The notes under the pieces are model-generated. The model had not been told where the DNA came from. It saw only the letters and a list, made by a program, of their open reading frames with translations, and ran no database searches. DNA of 64,000 bases from an uncultured Planctomycetota bacterium. GTDB lineage: Bacteria > Planctomycetota > Planctomycetia > Isosphaerales > Isosphaeraceae. Made by a program: the position numbers and the translations under genes. Where the stretch lies: the NCBI GenBank assembly GCA_963737655.1, contig CAVTTN010000002.1, positions 608,001 to 672,000 of the forward strand, given 5' to 3'. Below are positions 19,996 through 30,177 of this stretch, piece by piece (position 1 is the first letter of the stretch; each line of letters starts with the position of its first letter).

Positions 19996-20165
19996 CCGAC
20001 GTTCCTCCTCGCCGATCGATGTCCTCTCGGGCCAGCCGCCTACTATACTGGCCTTCGCGGTCCCCGATCAGGGGATTCGGGGAGATCGGGGCGAGATTTC
20101 GTCGTCAGGAACCGCATCCTTGTCCCCACTCCCCGGCCGGGGACGAGATTTGCTGCCGCTCGATC

Positions 20166-20828
20166 TCACCGAGCCTCTCGCAGGAGCCCGCCGAGAAGGC
20201 GTTCGAAATCGTCGCGGCCGATCGGCTCGAACCGAAGACGGTCCCCGGATCGGATCGGGAAGAGGCCGAGGCGGAGGTCGGCGATTTGCAGGGGGGTCCG
20301 GCCGAGGAGGTGCCATCCTCCGGGGGAATTTCTGGGATAAATGCCCGTCTGCCGGCCCGCGATCGCCACCGAGCCCGCGGGCACCCTCGGCCGCGGGGAC
20401 TCCCGGCGAGCGAGCCCCTGCAGTTCCGGGGGGAGGTCGCCGGCATAGGGAAAACCGGGCTGGAACCCCACCGCCATCACGTCGTAATCCTTCGAGGCGT
20501 GGAGCGCGATCAGGCGATCCACGCTCATCCCCAATCGGCCGGCGATCTCGGCGAGGTCGTCGCCGTCGTAGAGGACGGGAATTCGATGGAGAGTGCCCGC
20601 GGAGACCTCGGCGGCCGTCGGCTCGACCCCTCGCAGGCGTCCACCGATCCCCTCAACGTCGTCGGCGTCGGGTTCGAGGAACACGCCCACGGATCGGTAG
20701 GCGAGGACGTGCTCAAGAACTCCCGGGACGGGGTGCGCCCGGAGCCCCGAGGCCCAGGCTCGGGCGAGGGCCTCGGTCTCGAACCGGGCGAGGAACGCGC
20801 GATCTCCGAGGGGGGCGAGGTCGATCAT
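20166..20828 (-). CDS. pxpB: 5-oxoprolinase subunit B (allophanate hydrolase subunit 1 / KipI family)
   Basis: PLGDRAFL, IPVLYDGDDL, GFQPGFPY, RRESPRPRVPAGSVAIAGRQTGIYP.NSPGGWHLLGRT. Confidence 0.92.
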   Translation of the reverse strand: MIDLAPLGDRAFLARFETEALARAWASGLRAHPVPGVLEHVLAYRSVGVFLEPDADDVEGIGGRLRGVEPTAAEVSAGTLHRIPVLYDGDDLAEIAGRLGMSVDRLIALHASKDYDVMAVGFQPGFPYAGDLPPELQGLARRESPRPRVPAGSVAIAGRQTGIYPRNSPGGWHLLGRTPLQIADLRLGLFPIRSGDRLRFEPIGRDDFERLLGGLLREAR

Positions 20829-21415
20829 CCGTCGCTCGGAGACGGCCACCAGGGCGGGGGGGCGTCGAAGTATCGGGGATCGTCCAGGCCGAAGGCGTCG
20901 GCCACCCGGTTGAAGAAGGCGAAGAGGGCCGTGATGTAGACGGCCTCGGCGATCTGAGGGTCGGTCCAGCCGACGTCTCGGAGGGTCTCGACGTCCTCAT
21001 CGGTGGTCTTGTAGGCGTGTTTCGTGACTTTCTCGGCGAACCGCAACAGGGCGCGCTCGGGCTCGGTGATCGGGGCCGCTTCGATATCGGCGGCCGCGAG
21101 GCACTTGTGGACCTCGGCGATGGGTTCCTGCAACTGCAGGAAGAAGGCATGCGCCCCGGTTCAGTAAGGGCACCGATTCAGGGCCGAGACCAACGTGGCG
21201 ATCATTTCCTTCTGGCGGTACGCGAGATGCCCGTCACCAAAGTGGACGCGGTCGGACATGGCGACGACGTCCCGGAAGAAATCGGGGCGAAGGCTGAAGC
21301 ACTTGAGGATGCCGGGGACTTCCGGTCGGCCGGGGTTGGCGGCGAGCCACTCGCGGTAGGCGAGCGCGGCGTCTCCCGAGGCATCGTCCTCGCGGACCCA
21401 GCGAATCCTGGCCAT
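20825..21415 (-). CDS. AhpD/carboxymuconolactone decarboxylase family peroxidase-related protein with in-frame TGA (candidate selenoprotein, CxxU)
   Basis: ORFs 21161..21415 and 20825..21133 share one frame. Read-through gives KEMIATLVSALNRCPY-(TGA)-TGAHAFFL...ERALLRFAEKVT...DVETLRDVGWTDPQIAEAVYITALFAFFNRVADAFG, a complete AhpD-like protein. Confidence 0.82.
21125..21142 (-). promoter_or_regulatory. Candidate bacterial SECIS hairpin
   Basis: mRNA UUCCUGC-AGUU-GCAGGAA: perfect 7-bp stem, apical loop starting 26 nt after the UGA, with G at loop position 2 followed by U. Confidence 0.6.
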
Positions 21416-21494
21416 CGCCGTCCCCCTCGCTTTACAATGACCGATTGAGGCCGATCGGCCCCGATCCTATCGCGAACCGAGCCGGAGGGGAATC

Positions 21495-22652
21495 ATGGTC
21501 TTCCTGACGCTCGCCCTGGTCCTCGGAGCCGGCCCCGGCACCGAACCGGCGGCCGACTCCGTGACTCTTCGAGACGGCTCGACCGTCCTGGGCCAGTTGA
21601 TCGAGCCGTCGCCCCGGGGGAAGGTCAACCTGGTGGTCCGCCGCTCCTGGGCGGAGAAAGCCCTTCCCGCGAAGCTCAAGGCATGGGAGGCCGCCGAGAC
21701 GCCCACGACCCGCCGGGCCGTGATGGAGAGGCTGCGGCGGCTCGAAGCCTGGTCGCGAGACCGCGCGGCCTCGCCGATCGCCGAGGACGAGATCGCCCGA
21801 TGGCTCCCCGAGGAGATCCGCCGGGTCAAGGACTCGCAAGAGAAGCCGCCGTTGATGGTCGTGAGCCTCAATCGGGCGGACGTCCGCCACATGACCCGTC
21901 GCCCGGCCGACGTGGCGAGGATGCTCCGCCAGGGCTGGCGGGCGAAGTTCGACGACGCCGAGACCAAGCCTCTCGAAGCGCTCAAGAGCGCCCTGGAAGG
22001 CCGCGGGTTCGCCCTGACCGACGTCGATCCCGCCCCCATCGACGCGATGCTGCCGATCCCGATCGAGACCGAGCCCCACTGGCGGGCCAGGCGAGCGGCC
22101 ACCGAGGTCGCCCACGAGCCGGGCCTGAAGTTCCTGAGGACTCGCGGCCTCCTCCTGCCCGAATCGGCCAACGGCGGGGGCATCGACGGCGCGGCCCTGG
22201 GCAAGATCATGAACAACCTGCTCAACGACGGGCCGGCCGAAGATCCTCTGTCCGAGAAAGGGCGGGAGATCGCCGCTCGGGGCCGGGTCGGGATGCTCGT
22301 CACCCGGCTCGACACGGCCGAGGACCTCTCCGGGGTCTCGGTGAACATCACCCTGTACGCCCGGATCTCGGCCGACCGCTGGGAGCCCGCCGCCAGCCGG
22401 AGCGTCCAGGTGAAGGCGGATGAAGCCGCCCTGGCCGATGCGGGCAACATCGCCGCCGACCCCCAGGTCTCGGCCGTGTTCAAGACCGTCGAAGGGCTCG
22501 GGCTGGCCGTCCCCGATTCGTTGAAGCAGAAGAGCCTGGCGGTGGGATCGGCCACGCAAAAGGCCCTCGGAGGCGCGAGGACCGCCATCCAGCCGGACCT
22601 GGACTCGCTGGAGATCTCGCTGGCGGAACCCGTCCGCCGCGACCCGAAATGA
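21495..22652 (+). CDS. Secreted hypothetical protein
   Basis: Signal peptide followed by ADSVTLRDGSTVLGQL; GGAGG RBS. Confidence 0.75.
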   Translation: MVFLTLALVLGAGPGTEPAADSVTLRDGSTVLGQLIEPSPRGKVNLVVRRSWAEKALPAKLKAWEAAETPTTRRAVMERLRRLEAWSRDRAASPIAEDEIARWLPEEIRRVKDSQEKPPLMVVSLNRADVRHMTRRPADVARMLRQGWRAKFDDAETKPLEALKSALEGRGFALTDVDPAPIDAMLPIPIETEPHWRARRAATEVAHEPGLKFLRTRGLLLPESANGGGIDGAALGKIMNNLLNDGPAEDPLSEKGREIAARGRVGMLVTRLDTAEDLSGVSVNITLYARISADRWEPAASRSVQVKADEAALADAGNIAADPQVSAVFKTVEGLGLAVPDSLKQKSLAVGSATQKALGGARTAIQPDLDSLEISLAEPVRRDPK

Positions 22653-22659
22653 GCTCGAG

Positions 22660-24237
22660 CTACGGAGCGGACGCCCGATCGAGCCGGTATTCGCGGAGGT
22701 CCAGGCCCGGGAACGAGACGAACCGCGTGGACGGCCGATACGCGCCGATCCTCTCGGGAAACGGATGCTCCCGGCGCCCGTTGCGAAGGCCGGTCGCCGC
22801 CCAGACGCGGTCGGGGACGCCCGGAGCGTCGGCCCGGTCGGCGACCTGGGAAAGACGATCGAGAACCGAAACATTCGGCGAGAGGTAATACGAGGCAGTG
22901 ATCGCTTCCAGGTTCCGGACCCCCTCGGAAGGGAGCACCAGGACCGTCTCTCCGGGCCGAAGCCAGGCCGAGGCGCCTCGCCAGTCGGCCTTGGGATGAG
23001 TTTCCAGGGCATCGCGGACGCTCGTGACGATCATCAAGGCCGAGAGGCCCGAAACCAGGCCCCATCGCGGCCATTTCGACAAGCGAGCCAGGCCCGCCGC
23101 CAGCAGGATCAGGTAAGCCGGCGCCGTGAAGATCGTGTAGCGGCTCGGCCCAAAAATCGGCTGGCGGAGCGAGGCATAGCCGAAGAGGAGCAGGGGGGCC
23201 GTCGCCAGCCAGAGGAGCAACAGGAGCGAGGCCGACCGATCAACACCCTCCCCCCCGCTTCGGGGGAGAAAGGGCCTTGCGAGGAACTCCCGCCATCGTC
23301 GGCCGATCATGCCGAATCCGATCAGCCCGAGACACCCCGCCAGGACGATCGAATTGCCCCCGGTAAAGGCAATCGGCATCCCAATCAAGTATTTGAGCTT
23401 CAGGAACTCCCGGCCGACCACGTACTCGGGCTCATGGTCGAAGAACCGGCCGATCCAGGGGCCGACCGCAACGACCAAAACCACCAGCACGCCCAACCAC
23501 CCCCGCCACCGCGCCCGGAACCCTCGAACATCGAGGAGGACGGCCATCCCCATCGCCGGGAGCATCAGCAGGGCCAGGGGATGGCAGGCGATCATCGCGA
23601 CCAGGACCACGGCGAGCGCCGACCAGTCCCCCAGGCCTCCCTCATCCCGAGCCTTCCGCAAGAGCAACCATCCGACCGTGGTCAGGAGGACGAGGAGGGC
23701 GTACATCCTCGTCTCTCGCGAGTAGATCACCAGCAACGGCGAGATCGCCACCAGCCAGCTCGCCAGGAGGGCCGTCCGGCGGTCGAACAGGCGGCGGCCC
23801 AACGCATAGACGGCTCCCACCGTCAGCACGCCTGCCAGGGCGCTCAGCAACCTCGCCGAGAACTCCGACGGGCCGAACAGTCGGACCCACCCTTGAAGGA
23901 TCAACGGATGAAGAGGCGCCCGGGAGGCGTCAATCTCGGACATCAGGCGGAGCAAGGCCGACGGGTTGGCGGTCCGGGCCAGTCGGATCGTGACGACCTC
24001 GTCGTACCAGAAGCTCCCTCGCCCGAGCCGAACGAGCCGGAGGGCCGCGGCGACCGCCACGATCCCGAGGAGCCGCAGGCGATCGGCCCCATTGTGAGGT
24101 TGAGCCTCGCCGGGGGTCTCGCTATCCTGAGAGGCCCGGGGGCTGTCCCCCTCGGCGGCCTTCGACGACGATGAGAACAGGGGCGATCCGATGGGTCTTT
24201 TCTCGGGCAAGACGGGCTTGGTCCTCGGGGTCGCCAA
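22660..24237 (-). CDS. Membrane glycosyltransferase, GT39/PMT-like; true start probably downstream of 24237
   Basis: SFWYDE, PLHPLIL..W..LFG.SEFSARLLS, YSRETRMYAL, KADWRGA; many TM segments. The ORF-track start overlaps fabI. Confidence 0.8.
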   Translation of the reverse strand: MATPRTKPVLPEKRPIGSPLFSSSSKAAEGDSPRASQDSETPGEAQPHNGADRLRLLGIVAVAAALRLVRLGRGSFWYDEVVTIRLARTANPSALLRLMSEIDASRAPLHPLILQGWVRLFGPSEFSARLLSALAGVLTVGAVYALGRRLFDRRTALLASWLVAISPLLVIYSRETRMYALLVLLTTVGWLLLRKARDEGGLGDWSALAVVLVAMIACHPLALLMLPAMGMAVLLDVRGFRARWRGWLGVLVVLVVAVGPWIGRFFDHEPEYVVGREFLKLKYLIGMPIAFTGGNSIVLAGCLGLIGFGMIGRRWREFLARPFLPRSGGEGVDRSASLLLLLWLATAPLLLFGYASLRQPIFGPSRYTIFTAPAYLILLAAGLARLSKWPRWGLVSGLSALMIVTSVRDALETHPKADWRGASAWLRPGETVLVLPSEGVRNLEAITASYYLSPNVSVLDRLSQVADRADAPGVPDRVWAATGLRNGRREHPFPERIGAYRPSTRFVSFPGLDLREYRLDRASAP

Positions 24238-24997
24238 CGACTATAGCATCGCCTGGGCCATCAGCCAGAAGATCCTGGCCGAAGGCGGGGAGATCGGCTT
24301 CACCCACCTCCCCGGCGAGAAGATGGAGAGGCGCGTCCGGCGGACCGTCCCGGCCGAGTCGAAGCTCATCACCCCGTGCGACGTCTCGAAGGACGAGGAG
24401 GTCGCGCGGGTCTTCGCCGAGGCGAAATCGACCTACGGCAAGCTCGACTTTGTCCTCCACTCGATCGCCTTCGCCCCGATTGAGGACCTCCGCAACCCGT
24501 TCGTGAAGACCAGCCGCGAGGGGTTCAAGCTGGCGATGGACATCTCGGTTTTCTCCCTGGCGATCGTCGCCCGCCACGCGGCGGAGGTCATGCCCGACGG
24601 CGGCTCGATCGCCACGATGACGTATTATGGCGGCGAGAAGGTGGTCTCGGGCTACAACCTGATGGGCGTCTGCAAGGCGGCCCTCGACTCGGCGGTCAAG
24701 TACCTCGCCTACGACCTCGGGCCTCAGAAGATCCGAGTGAACGGCCTCTCCGCGGGCCCGGTCAAGACGCTGGCGGCCTCGGCGGTCGGCGATTCGGACA
24801 AGCTCGCCGGGCTTTATGAAGCCGTCTCGCCCATGCAGAGGAACGTGATGAGGGAGGAAGTCGGCTCGGCCGGGATGTTCCTCCTGTCGGACCTGGCCAG
24901 CGGGATCACGGGAGAGATCCTCCACGTCGATTGCGGATACAACGCGATGGGGTCGCCGGGCCGGGCGATCGAGGCGGCGAAAGAGGGGAAGGTTTGA
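24191..24997 (+). CDS. fabI: Enoyl-ACP reductase
   Basis: LVLGVANDYSIAWAI, LDFVLHSIAFAP, MTYYGGEKVVSGYNLMGVCKAALDS, VNGLSAGPVKTLAA, ITGEILHVDCGY. Confidence 0.95.
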   Translation: MGLFSGKTGLVLGVANDYSIAWAISQKILAEGGEIGFTHLPGEKMERRVRRTVPAESKLITPCDVSKDEEVARVFAEAKSTYGKLDFVLHSIAFAPIEDLRNPFVKTSREGFKLAMDISVFSLAIVARHAAEVMPDGGSIATMTYYGGEKVVSGYNLMGVCKAALDSAVKYLAYDLGPQKIRVNGLSAGPVKTLAASAVGDSDKLAGLYEAVSPMQRNVMREEVGSAGMFLLSDLASGITGEILHVDCGYNAMGSPGRAIEAAKEGKV

Positions 24998-25010
24998 GGC
25001 GGCGTCTTTC

Positions 25011-25421
25011 ATGACTCGCGTCGGCATCGGGTTGATCCGTCGGGGGGATCGCTTCTTGATCCGCCGCCGGCCTTCGTTGCCGGGGTCGCCGATGCCGGGG
25101 CTCTGGGAGTTTCCCGGGGGGAAGTGCGAGGCCGGGGAATCGCCCGAATCGGCCGTGGTCCGCGAGTGTCGGGAGGAGACGGGCCTGGCCGTCTCCCCGA
25201 AATCGCTCCGCCGGAGGGTCGAGCACGTCTATCCCCACGGGCACGTCGAGCTTTATTATTTCGACTGCGAGCCCGACGATCCGGCGATCGAGCCGGACCC
25301 TTCCGGCGGGTTCGCGTGGGTCGCGGCCTCGGAGCTTCCCGGCCTGGCCTTTCCCGAGGCCAACGGGCCGGTCCTCCGAGAGCTGGCCGAGGCGTTCGGT
25401 CGCGGTTCGTCGGGAAAATAA
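25011..25421 (+). CDS. NUDIX hydrolase, MutT-like
   Basis: LWEFPGGKCEAGESPESAVVRECREETGL; FPEAN. Confidence 0.9.
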   Translation: MTRVGIGLIRRGDRFLIRRRPSLPGSPMPGLWEFPGGKCEAGESPESAVVRECREETGLAVSPKSLRRRVEHVYPHGHVELYYFDCEPDDPAIEPDPSGGFAWVAASELPGLAFPEANGPVLRELAEAFGRGSSGK

Positions 25422-25430
25422 GGGGGCGGC

Positions 25431-26069
25431 ATGAGCGCGCCGGTTCGGATGGCCCTGGCGCTCGGCCCATTGGCGGCGTATTTCTTCGTCCTGGGCGTCT
25501 GGCAATCGGGCCGGCGACCCCGGGTCGTCTCGGGGTCGCTCGACTTCGCGCTCCTTTCGGCCGGGCTGGGCTGCCTCGTCGCATTCGGCCCGGTGGGGGA
25601 GTGGGCGGTCGGCCTGGCGTTCCGCGGTCCGAGCCTCTGGGCATGGCTGGCGATGGCGTCGCTGGTGATCCTGGCCACGCTGATCGGCCTGCCCCGCGCG
25701 TCCCGGAGGCTGGTGGTCTATCACGTCCGGGCCGAGGACCTCGAACGGGCCGTCGGCCAGGCGATGGAGGGGATCTCGGGGCCGGTCGAGCGGACGCTCC
25801 ACGGCTTCGAGGCCCGCGGCGAAGGCCGAGGGGTGACGGTCGAGGCCCGGCTGCGCTCCGGGGTCGTGGAGGGGCACGGGGTCCGGCCCGAGGCGCTCAT
25901 CGCCTCGCTTCTCCGCGAGCTGCCCGCGCGATTGGGCAAGGCCTCTCCGCCGGCGACCTCGCTCGGGGCCGTCCTGTTCGCCCTGGCCACGGTCACGATG
26001 GGCCTCGGCCTGATCCTGGGCCGGTGGCCCCAGTACCGCGCCATCCTGGAGAGGATCGTGGGCCGGTGA
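25431..26069 (+). CDS. Hypothetical membrane protein
   Basis: LALGPLAAYFF...RRPRVVSGSLDFALL...LVVYHV; several TM helices. Confidence 0.75.
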   Translation: MSAPVRMALALGPLAAYFFVLGVWQSGRRPRVVSGSLDFALLSAGLGCLVAFGPVGEWAVGLAFRGPSLWAWLAMASLVILATLIGLPRASRRLVVYHVRAEDLERAVGQAMEGISGPVERTLHGFEARGEGRGVTVEARLRSGVVEGHGVRPEALIASLLRELPARLGKASPPATSLGAVLFALATVTMGLGLILGRWPQYRAILERIVGR

Positions 26070-26127
26070 TCTCGATGAAGACCGATCGCCAGGAGCGCCT
26101 CGGGCGCTCCTGGCGGCCCTTCGGCGA

Positions 26128-26736
26128 TCAGGGCGAAGCGGGGGCGGGCAGCTTCAACTCGCGGTCCAGGACGTTGTCCACGAGGCCGTAATCCCGGGCC
26201 TCCTCGGGGGACATGAAGCGGTCGCGGTCGGTGTCCTCCTCGAGCTTCTCGAGGGACTGGCCGGTGTGCTTGCGGTAGATCTCGTTGAGCTGCCGCTTCA
26301 TCCGCAGGAATTCCTCGGCGTGGATGGCGATGTCGGTGGCGGTGCCTTCCATCCCGGCGAGGGGCTGGTGGATCATGATCCGGCCGTGGGGCAGGGCGTT
26401 CCTCTTCCCCTTCGCCCCGGCGGCGAGGAGGAGCGAACCCATGCTCGCGCACTGGCCGATGCAATACGTGGCGACGTCGCAGGGGACGTACTGCATGGTG
26501 TCATAGATGGCCATCCCGGCGGTCACGCTGCCGCCCGGGCTGTTGATGTAGAGGTGGATGTCGGCCTTGTCGTCCTGGTGGGCGAGGACCAGCATCTGGG
26601 CGACGATCACGTTGGAGACGGCGTCGTCGATAGCCGAGCCGAGGATGATGATCCGGTCCTGGAGCAGGCGGGAATAGATATCCATCGCCCGCTCTTCGCG
26701 GCCGCTCTTCTCGACGACGATCGGGATCAGGGGCAT
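26128..26736 (-). CDS. clpP: ATP-dependent Clp protease proteolytic subunit
   Basis: [46 protein letters not shown]. Confidence 0.96.
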   Translation of the reverse strand: MPLIPIVVEKSGREERAMDIYSRLLQDRIIILGSAIDDAVSNVIVAQMLVLAHQDDKADIHLYINSPGGSVTAGMAIYDTMQYVPCDVATYCIGQCASMGSLLLAAGAKGKRNALPHGRIMIHQPLAGMEGTATDIAIHAEEFLRMKRQLNEIYRKHTGQSLEKLEEDTDRDRFMSPEEARDYGLVDNVLDRELKLPAPASP

Positions 26737-26785
26737 GGAAGTCCTCCGAAGGGGCGGGGCCGCGTTCAGATCGTGTCGAAAGCCT

Positions 26786-26805
26786 GGCGGGTTGCGCCGC
26801 CCTAC
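26786..26805 (-). repeat. GTAG-type REP-like palindrome
   Basis: Minus strand GTAG-GGCGG-CGCAAC-CCGCC, between the two clpP genes. Confidence 0.55.
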
Positions 26806-26806
26806 G

Positions 26807-27442
26807 TTACGCCGACGGCTCGCCCTTCTTGGACTCGGCCGAGGGGATGTGGCCGACGACTTCATCGACGAGGCCGTATTCCTTGGCCTGGAGGGCGGTC
26901 AAGTAGCGGTCGCGCTCGGTGTCCTTGGCCACTCGCTCGATCGGCTGGCCGGTGTGCTTGGCGAGGATCTCGTTGATCACGTGGCGGCTCTTGATGATCT
27001 CCTCGGCCTGGATCTCGATGTCCGAGACCTGGCCGCCGACCTGCCCGTAGGGCTGGTGGATCATGACCTTGGAGTGGGGCAGGGAGTAGCGCCGTCCCTT
27101 CGCCCCTCCGGCCAGGAGGACCGCCGCCCCGGAGGCCGCCATGCCGATGCAGTAGGTGGAGATCTGGCAGTCGATGAACTGCATGGTGTCGTACAGGGCC
27201 AGCGTGGCCGAGACGCTGCCACCGGGGCTGTTGATGTAGAAGCTGATCCCCTGCGAGCGATTCTCGTACTGGAGGAACAGCAGCTTCATGACCGCCTCGC
27301 TCGCCGAGGCGTCGGAAATCGGGCCCAGGAGGAAGATGATCCGGTTCTCCAGGAGGAGGTCGCCGAGGGTCATCTGCCGTTGCCGGGCGTAGTCGCGATA
27401 GCGCTGGAGCCGAGGCTCGGAGATCGGATGGTCGAAGGTCAT
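26807..27442 (-). CDS. clpP: Second Clp protease proteolytic subunit
   Basis: [43 protein letters not shown]. Confidence 0.94.
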   Translation of the reverse strand: MTFDHPISEPRLQRYRDYARQRQMTLGDLLLENRIIFLLGPISDASASEAVMKLLFLQYENRSQGISFYINSPGGSVSATLALYDTMQFIDCQISTYCIGMAASGAAVLLAGGAKGRRYSLPHSKVMIHQPYGQVGGQVSDIEIQAEEIIKSRHVINEILAKHTGQPIERVAKDTERDRYLTALQAKEYGLVDEVVGHIPSAESKKGEPSA

Positions 27443-27677
27443 CGGTCGGTCCTCTGCTCGCTCGGACGCGCCGCCCGGCCTCCGGGGTTGGCCGCCGGGC
27501 GCGATCATTATAGGACGGAGGGGGCCGCCGGGCGAGATCTCCGGCCGGGCCGCGTCCCCGGGGGAGGGGCCGTCGCAAGACACGGCCGGGTGGCTCGGGT
27601 TCCGTCGTCGGAATCCGTGCCACCCGGAGGGCATTCCAGAAGGGCCGGGGCCCCCGGGGCCGACGGCTGGCGGGCTC

Positions 27678-29162
27678 TCAGGCCGAGGGTTCGGCGGCCT
27701 CGGCCGGCGCGGTCTCGGCCGGCTCCTCGAGGGCGGGCACGGCCATCTCGTCGAGCGTCTCGACGGCCCCCTCTTCCTCCTGGGGCATCGTCTCTTCCTC
27801 GTACTTCACGAATTCGAGGATGCGGTCGATCGTCTTGCGTTCGAGGATCTGGGTGGCCAGGCCCTCGCCCAGCCCGTCTTTCTCGATCCGGGCCCGGACC
27901 CGCCTGGGGGTCTCGTCGGTCCGGAGCGCGATCGAATAGATCTCGGCCTCGACGTCCGCCTCCTCGACCTTGATCCCCTCCTCCTCGGCGATCTTCGACA
28001 GGAGGAAGAACTCCTTGAGGTTGCGGAGGGTGAACTCGTGGGCGTTGGCGCGGACCTCGGCCTCCCTCGCGCGGATCTCGACCTCGGTCATGCCGGCCTG
28101 GCGCATCTCCTCGACCTGGCGGCGGAGGTTGGAGCGCTCCTGGCGGGCGACGAGGTCCGTGGGGAGGTCGAACGGCGCCTGCGACGAGAGCTGATCCATG
28201 ATCTGGCGGCGGATCGCCTGCCTCTGCTGGAACGCGACCCGGCGTTCGAGGACCTCGCGGAGGGCCTGGCGGAGTTCGTCCTCGGTCTCGAAGCCGATCC
28301 GGTCGAGGAACTCGCGGTTCACCTCCGGCAGGCGGAGCGTCTTGAGGTCGTGGACGACGATCGTCACGCCGATCTTCTGCCCCCGGAGGGCGGGATCGGG
28401 CGAGGCGGAGCCCACCAAAGCGTCGGCGTCCCGCGAGTCCCCGGGCCGGGCTCCCACCAAGACCCCGGCGAGGTCCGGCACCCGGCCGTCCTGGAACCGG
28501 AGCTCCGGCTGGAGCCGGAACTGGATCTCCTTGGCCTGATTCAGGGCGATGCCGTCCTTGTGGAACCGGAGGTCGGCGGTGATGTAGTCGCCGATCTCGG
28601 CCCCGCCCTCGAACTTCGGGACGATCTGGGCGTAGCGCTCCAGGAACGTCTTGAGCTGGACCTCCACGTCCACGTCGGTGATCTCGCGGACCGGCCTCTT
28701 GACCGAGAGGGCCTTGTAGGCGGGCGTGGGGAAGTCGGGCTGGACTTCCACGTCCATCTCGAAGGTCATCGGCCCCTCCTCGGGGATCTCGATGGCCTCC
28801 AGGTCGAGGTTGGGCTGGGTGATCGCGTTGAGCTTGTAATCCTCGTCCAGTTGCTCCAGGGTCGCCATCAGCAGGGTGCTCTTGACCTGCCCGGCGACCT
28901 CCTTGCGGAACTTCTTCTGGATCAGGGACTTCGGAGCACGGCCGGGCCGGAACCCGGGCACGGCCGCTTCCTTCTTGACGCTGCCGAGCGACTCGGCGAA
29001 CTGACGATCGACCTCGGCGCGAGCGATCGCGACCTTGAGGTGCTTCTTGCAGGGGCCGGCGTCGGTGATCTGGACGTCCAGGTCGAGCTTCGGCTTGGTC
29101 GCGACGGCCTCTTCGCCACCCTCGGGGGTGATCTCGGCCTGTTCCTCTTCCCCGGTGCTCAT
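27678..29162 (-). CDS. tig: Trigger factor
   Basis: Signature VPGFRPGRAP; directly upstream of clpP-clpP. Confidence 0.95.
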   Translation of the reverse strand: MSTGEEEQAEITPEGGEEAVATKPKLDLDVQITDAGPCKKHLKVAIARAEVDRQFAESLGSVKKEAAVPGFRPGRAPKSLIQKKFRKEVAGQVKSTLLMATLEQLDEDYKLNAITQPNLDLEAIEIPEEGPMTFEMDVEVQPDFPTPAYKALSVKRPVREITDVDVEVQLKTFLERYAQIVPKFEGGAEIGDYITADLRFHKDGIALNQAKEIQFRLQPELRFQDGRVPDLAGVLVGARPGDSRDADALVGSASPDPALRGQKIGVTIVVHDLKTLRLPEVNREFLDRIGFETEDELRQALREVLERRVAFQQRQAIRRQIMDQLSSQAPFDLPTDLVARQERSNLRRQVEEMRQAGMTEVEIRAREAEVRANAHEFTLRNLKEFFLLSKIAEEEGIKVEEADVEAEIYSIALRTDETPRRVRARIEKDGLGEGLATQILERKTIDRILEFVKYEEETMPQEEEGAVETLDEMAVPALEEPAETAPAEAAEPSA

Positions 29163-29289
29163 CGACGGCGTTCCTTCAAGCAAAAACGGGCCGGGCGGCC
29201 CCAGCCGCCACCACGCACCCGCGGCGCTTGAGCGATCGCCGCCCGACCGGAGTTATCGCGAACGTCTCTCGCCTCGTCGGCAAGAAGAA

Positions 29290-29364
29290 TGGAGCGGGAG
29301 ATGGGATTTGAACCCACGACAACCACGTTGGCAACGTGGCGCTCTACCCCTGAGCTACTCCCGC
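29290..29364 (-). tRNA. tRNA-Gly(GCC)
   Basis: GCGGGAGTAGCTCAGGGGTAGAGCGCCACGTTGCCAACGTGGTTGTCGTGGGTTCAAATCCCATCTCCCGCTCCA; full cloverleaf with encoded CCA. Confidence 0.97.
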
Positions 29365-29403
29365 CAGGGCGACCCCTTTGGCATGGGTCGTGGAGCAAGA
29401 GTC

Positions 29404-29431
29404 AGTATAGGGACGCCCCGAGGGATTGCAA
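29404..29431 (-). promoter_or_regulatory. Putative sigma70 promoter for tRNA-Gly and tig
   Basis: Minus strand TTGCAA-16 nt-TATACT. Confidence 0.55.
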
Positions 29432-29582
29432 GCGGCTTCCCCGGAAAAATCGCGACGCCGGGCCGCCCAGCCCGCCGAAATCGTTTGCGATCCGGGGTTT
29501 GACCGGATAGCCTAGGGGGAGAGGTGCCGCCCCGATGCGGGCGATTCGCCTGGAGGGTCGGTGCGCGCGAGGATCTTGAATC

Positions 29583-30177
29583 ATGGGTTTCCAGTTAGTC
29601 ATCGTTCAGGGACGCAGCGCCAGTCAGATCCTCAAGGTCGGCGCCGGCGTGATGACCGTCGGCCGGCAGCAGGACTGCCAGCTCCGGATCGCCTCCTCGC
29701 AGGTCAGCCGGAAGCATTGCCAGCTCTTCGAGAAGAAGGGCCTCCTTCTGGTCAAGGACCTGGGTAGCTCCAACGGCACGCTGGTCAACGGCAAGAAGAT
29801 CGCCGATCAACGGGTCCTGGAACCGGGCGATGAGCTGACCGTCGGTTCGGTCAAGTTTCGGGTCGAACGGCTCGAAGACACGGTCCTGATGCCCGGAGCC
29901 GTCAGCCCCAGCGCGGCGACCAAGCCCGGCGACACCGCGATCGCCCAGCCGATCACCGGCGAGAGCGAGATCATCGACCTGAGCGAGGAGGAAGACGACG
30001 AGGAGCCGACCAGCCACACCGCTCCGACCAGGACCACGGCCTCTCCCCGATCGGCCAAGGCCGCTCCCGCTCCCCCCGGAGCCCAAAGAGGACGAGGATG
30101 AGGCCATCGAGATTTCCGAGGACGCGGCGGCCGACTACTTGCTGAACATCGAGCTCGACGACGAGGACAAGCTCTGA
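29583..30177 (+). CDS. FHA domain protein with acidic tail; apparent frameshift in C-run at about 30075
   Basis: VGRQQDC, VSRKHC, KDLGSSNGTLVNG. An alternative frame continues EPKEDEDEAIEISEDAAADYLLNIELDDEDKL to TGA 30177. Confidence 0.85.

Noticed and set aside
26128..29162. Two clpP genes without adjacent clpX
   Set aside because: Tandem clpP paralogues next to tig are common; both keep catalytic Ser/His motifs.
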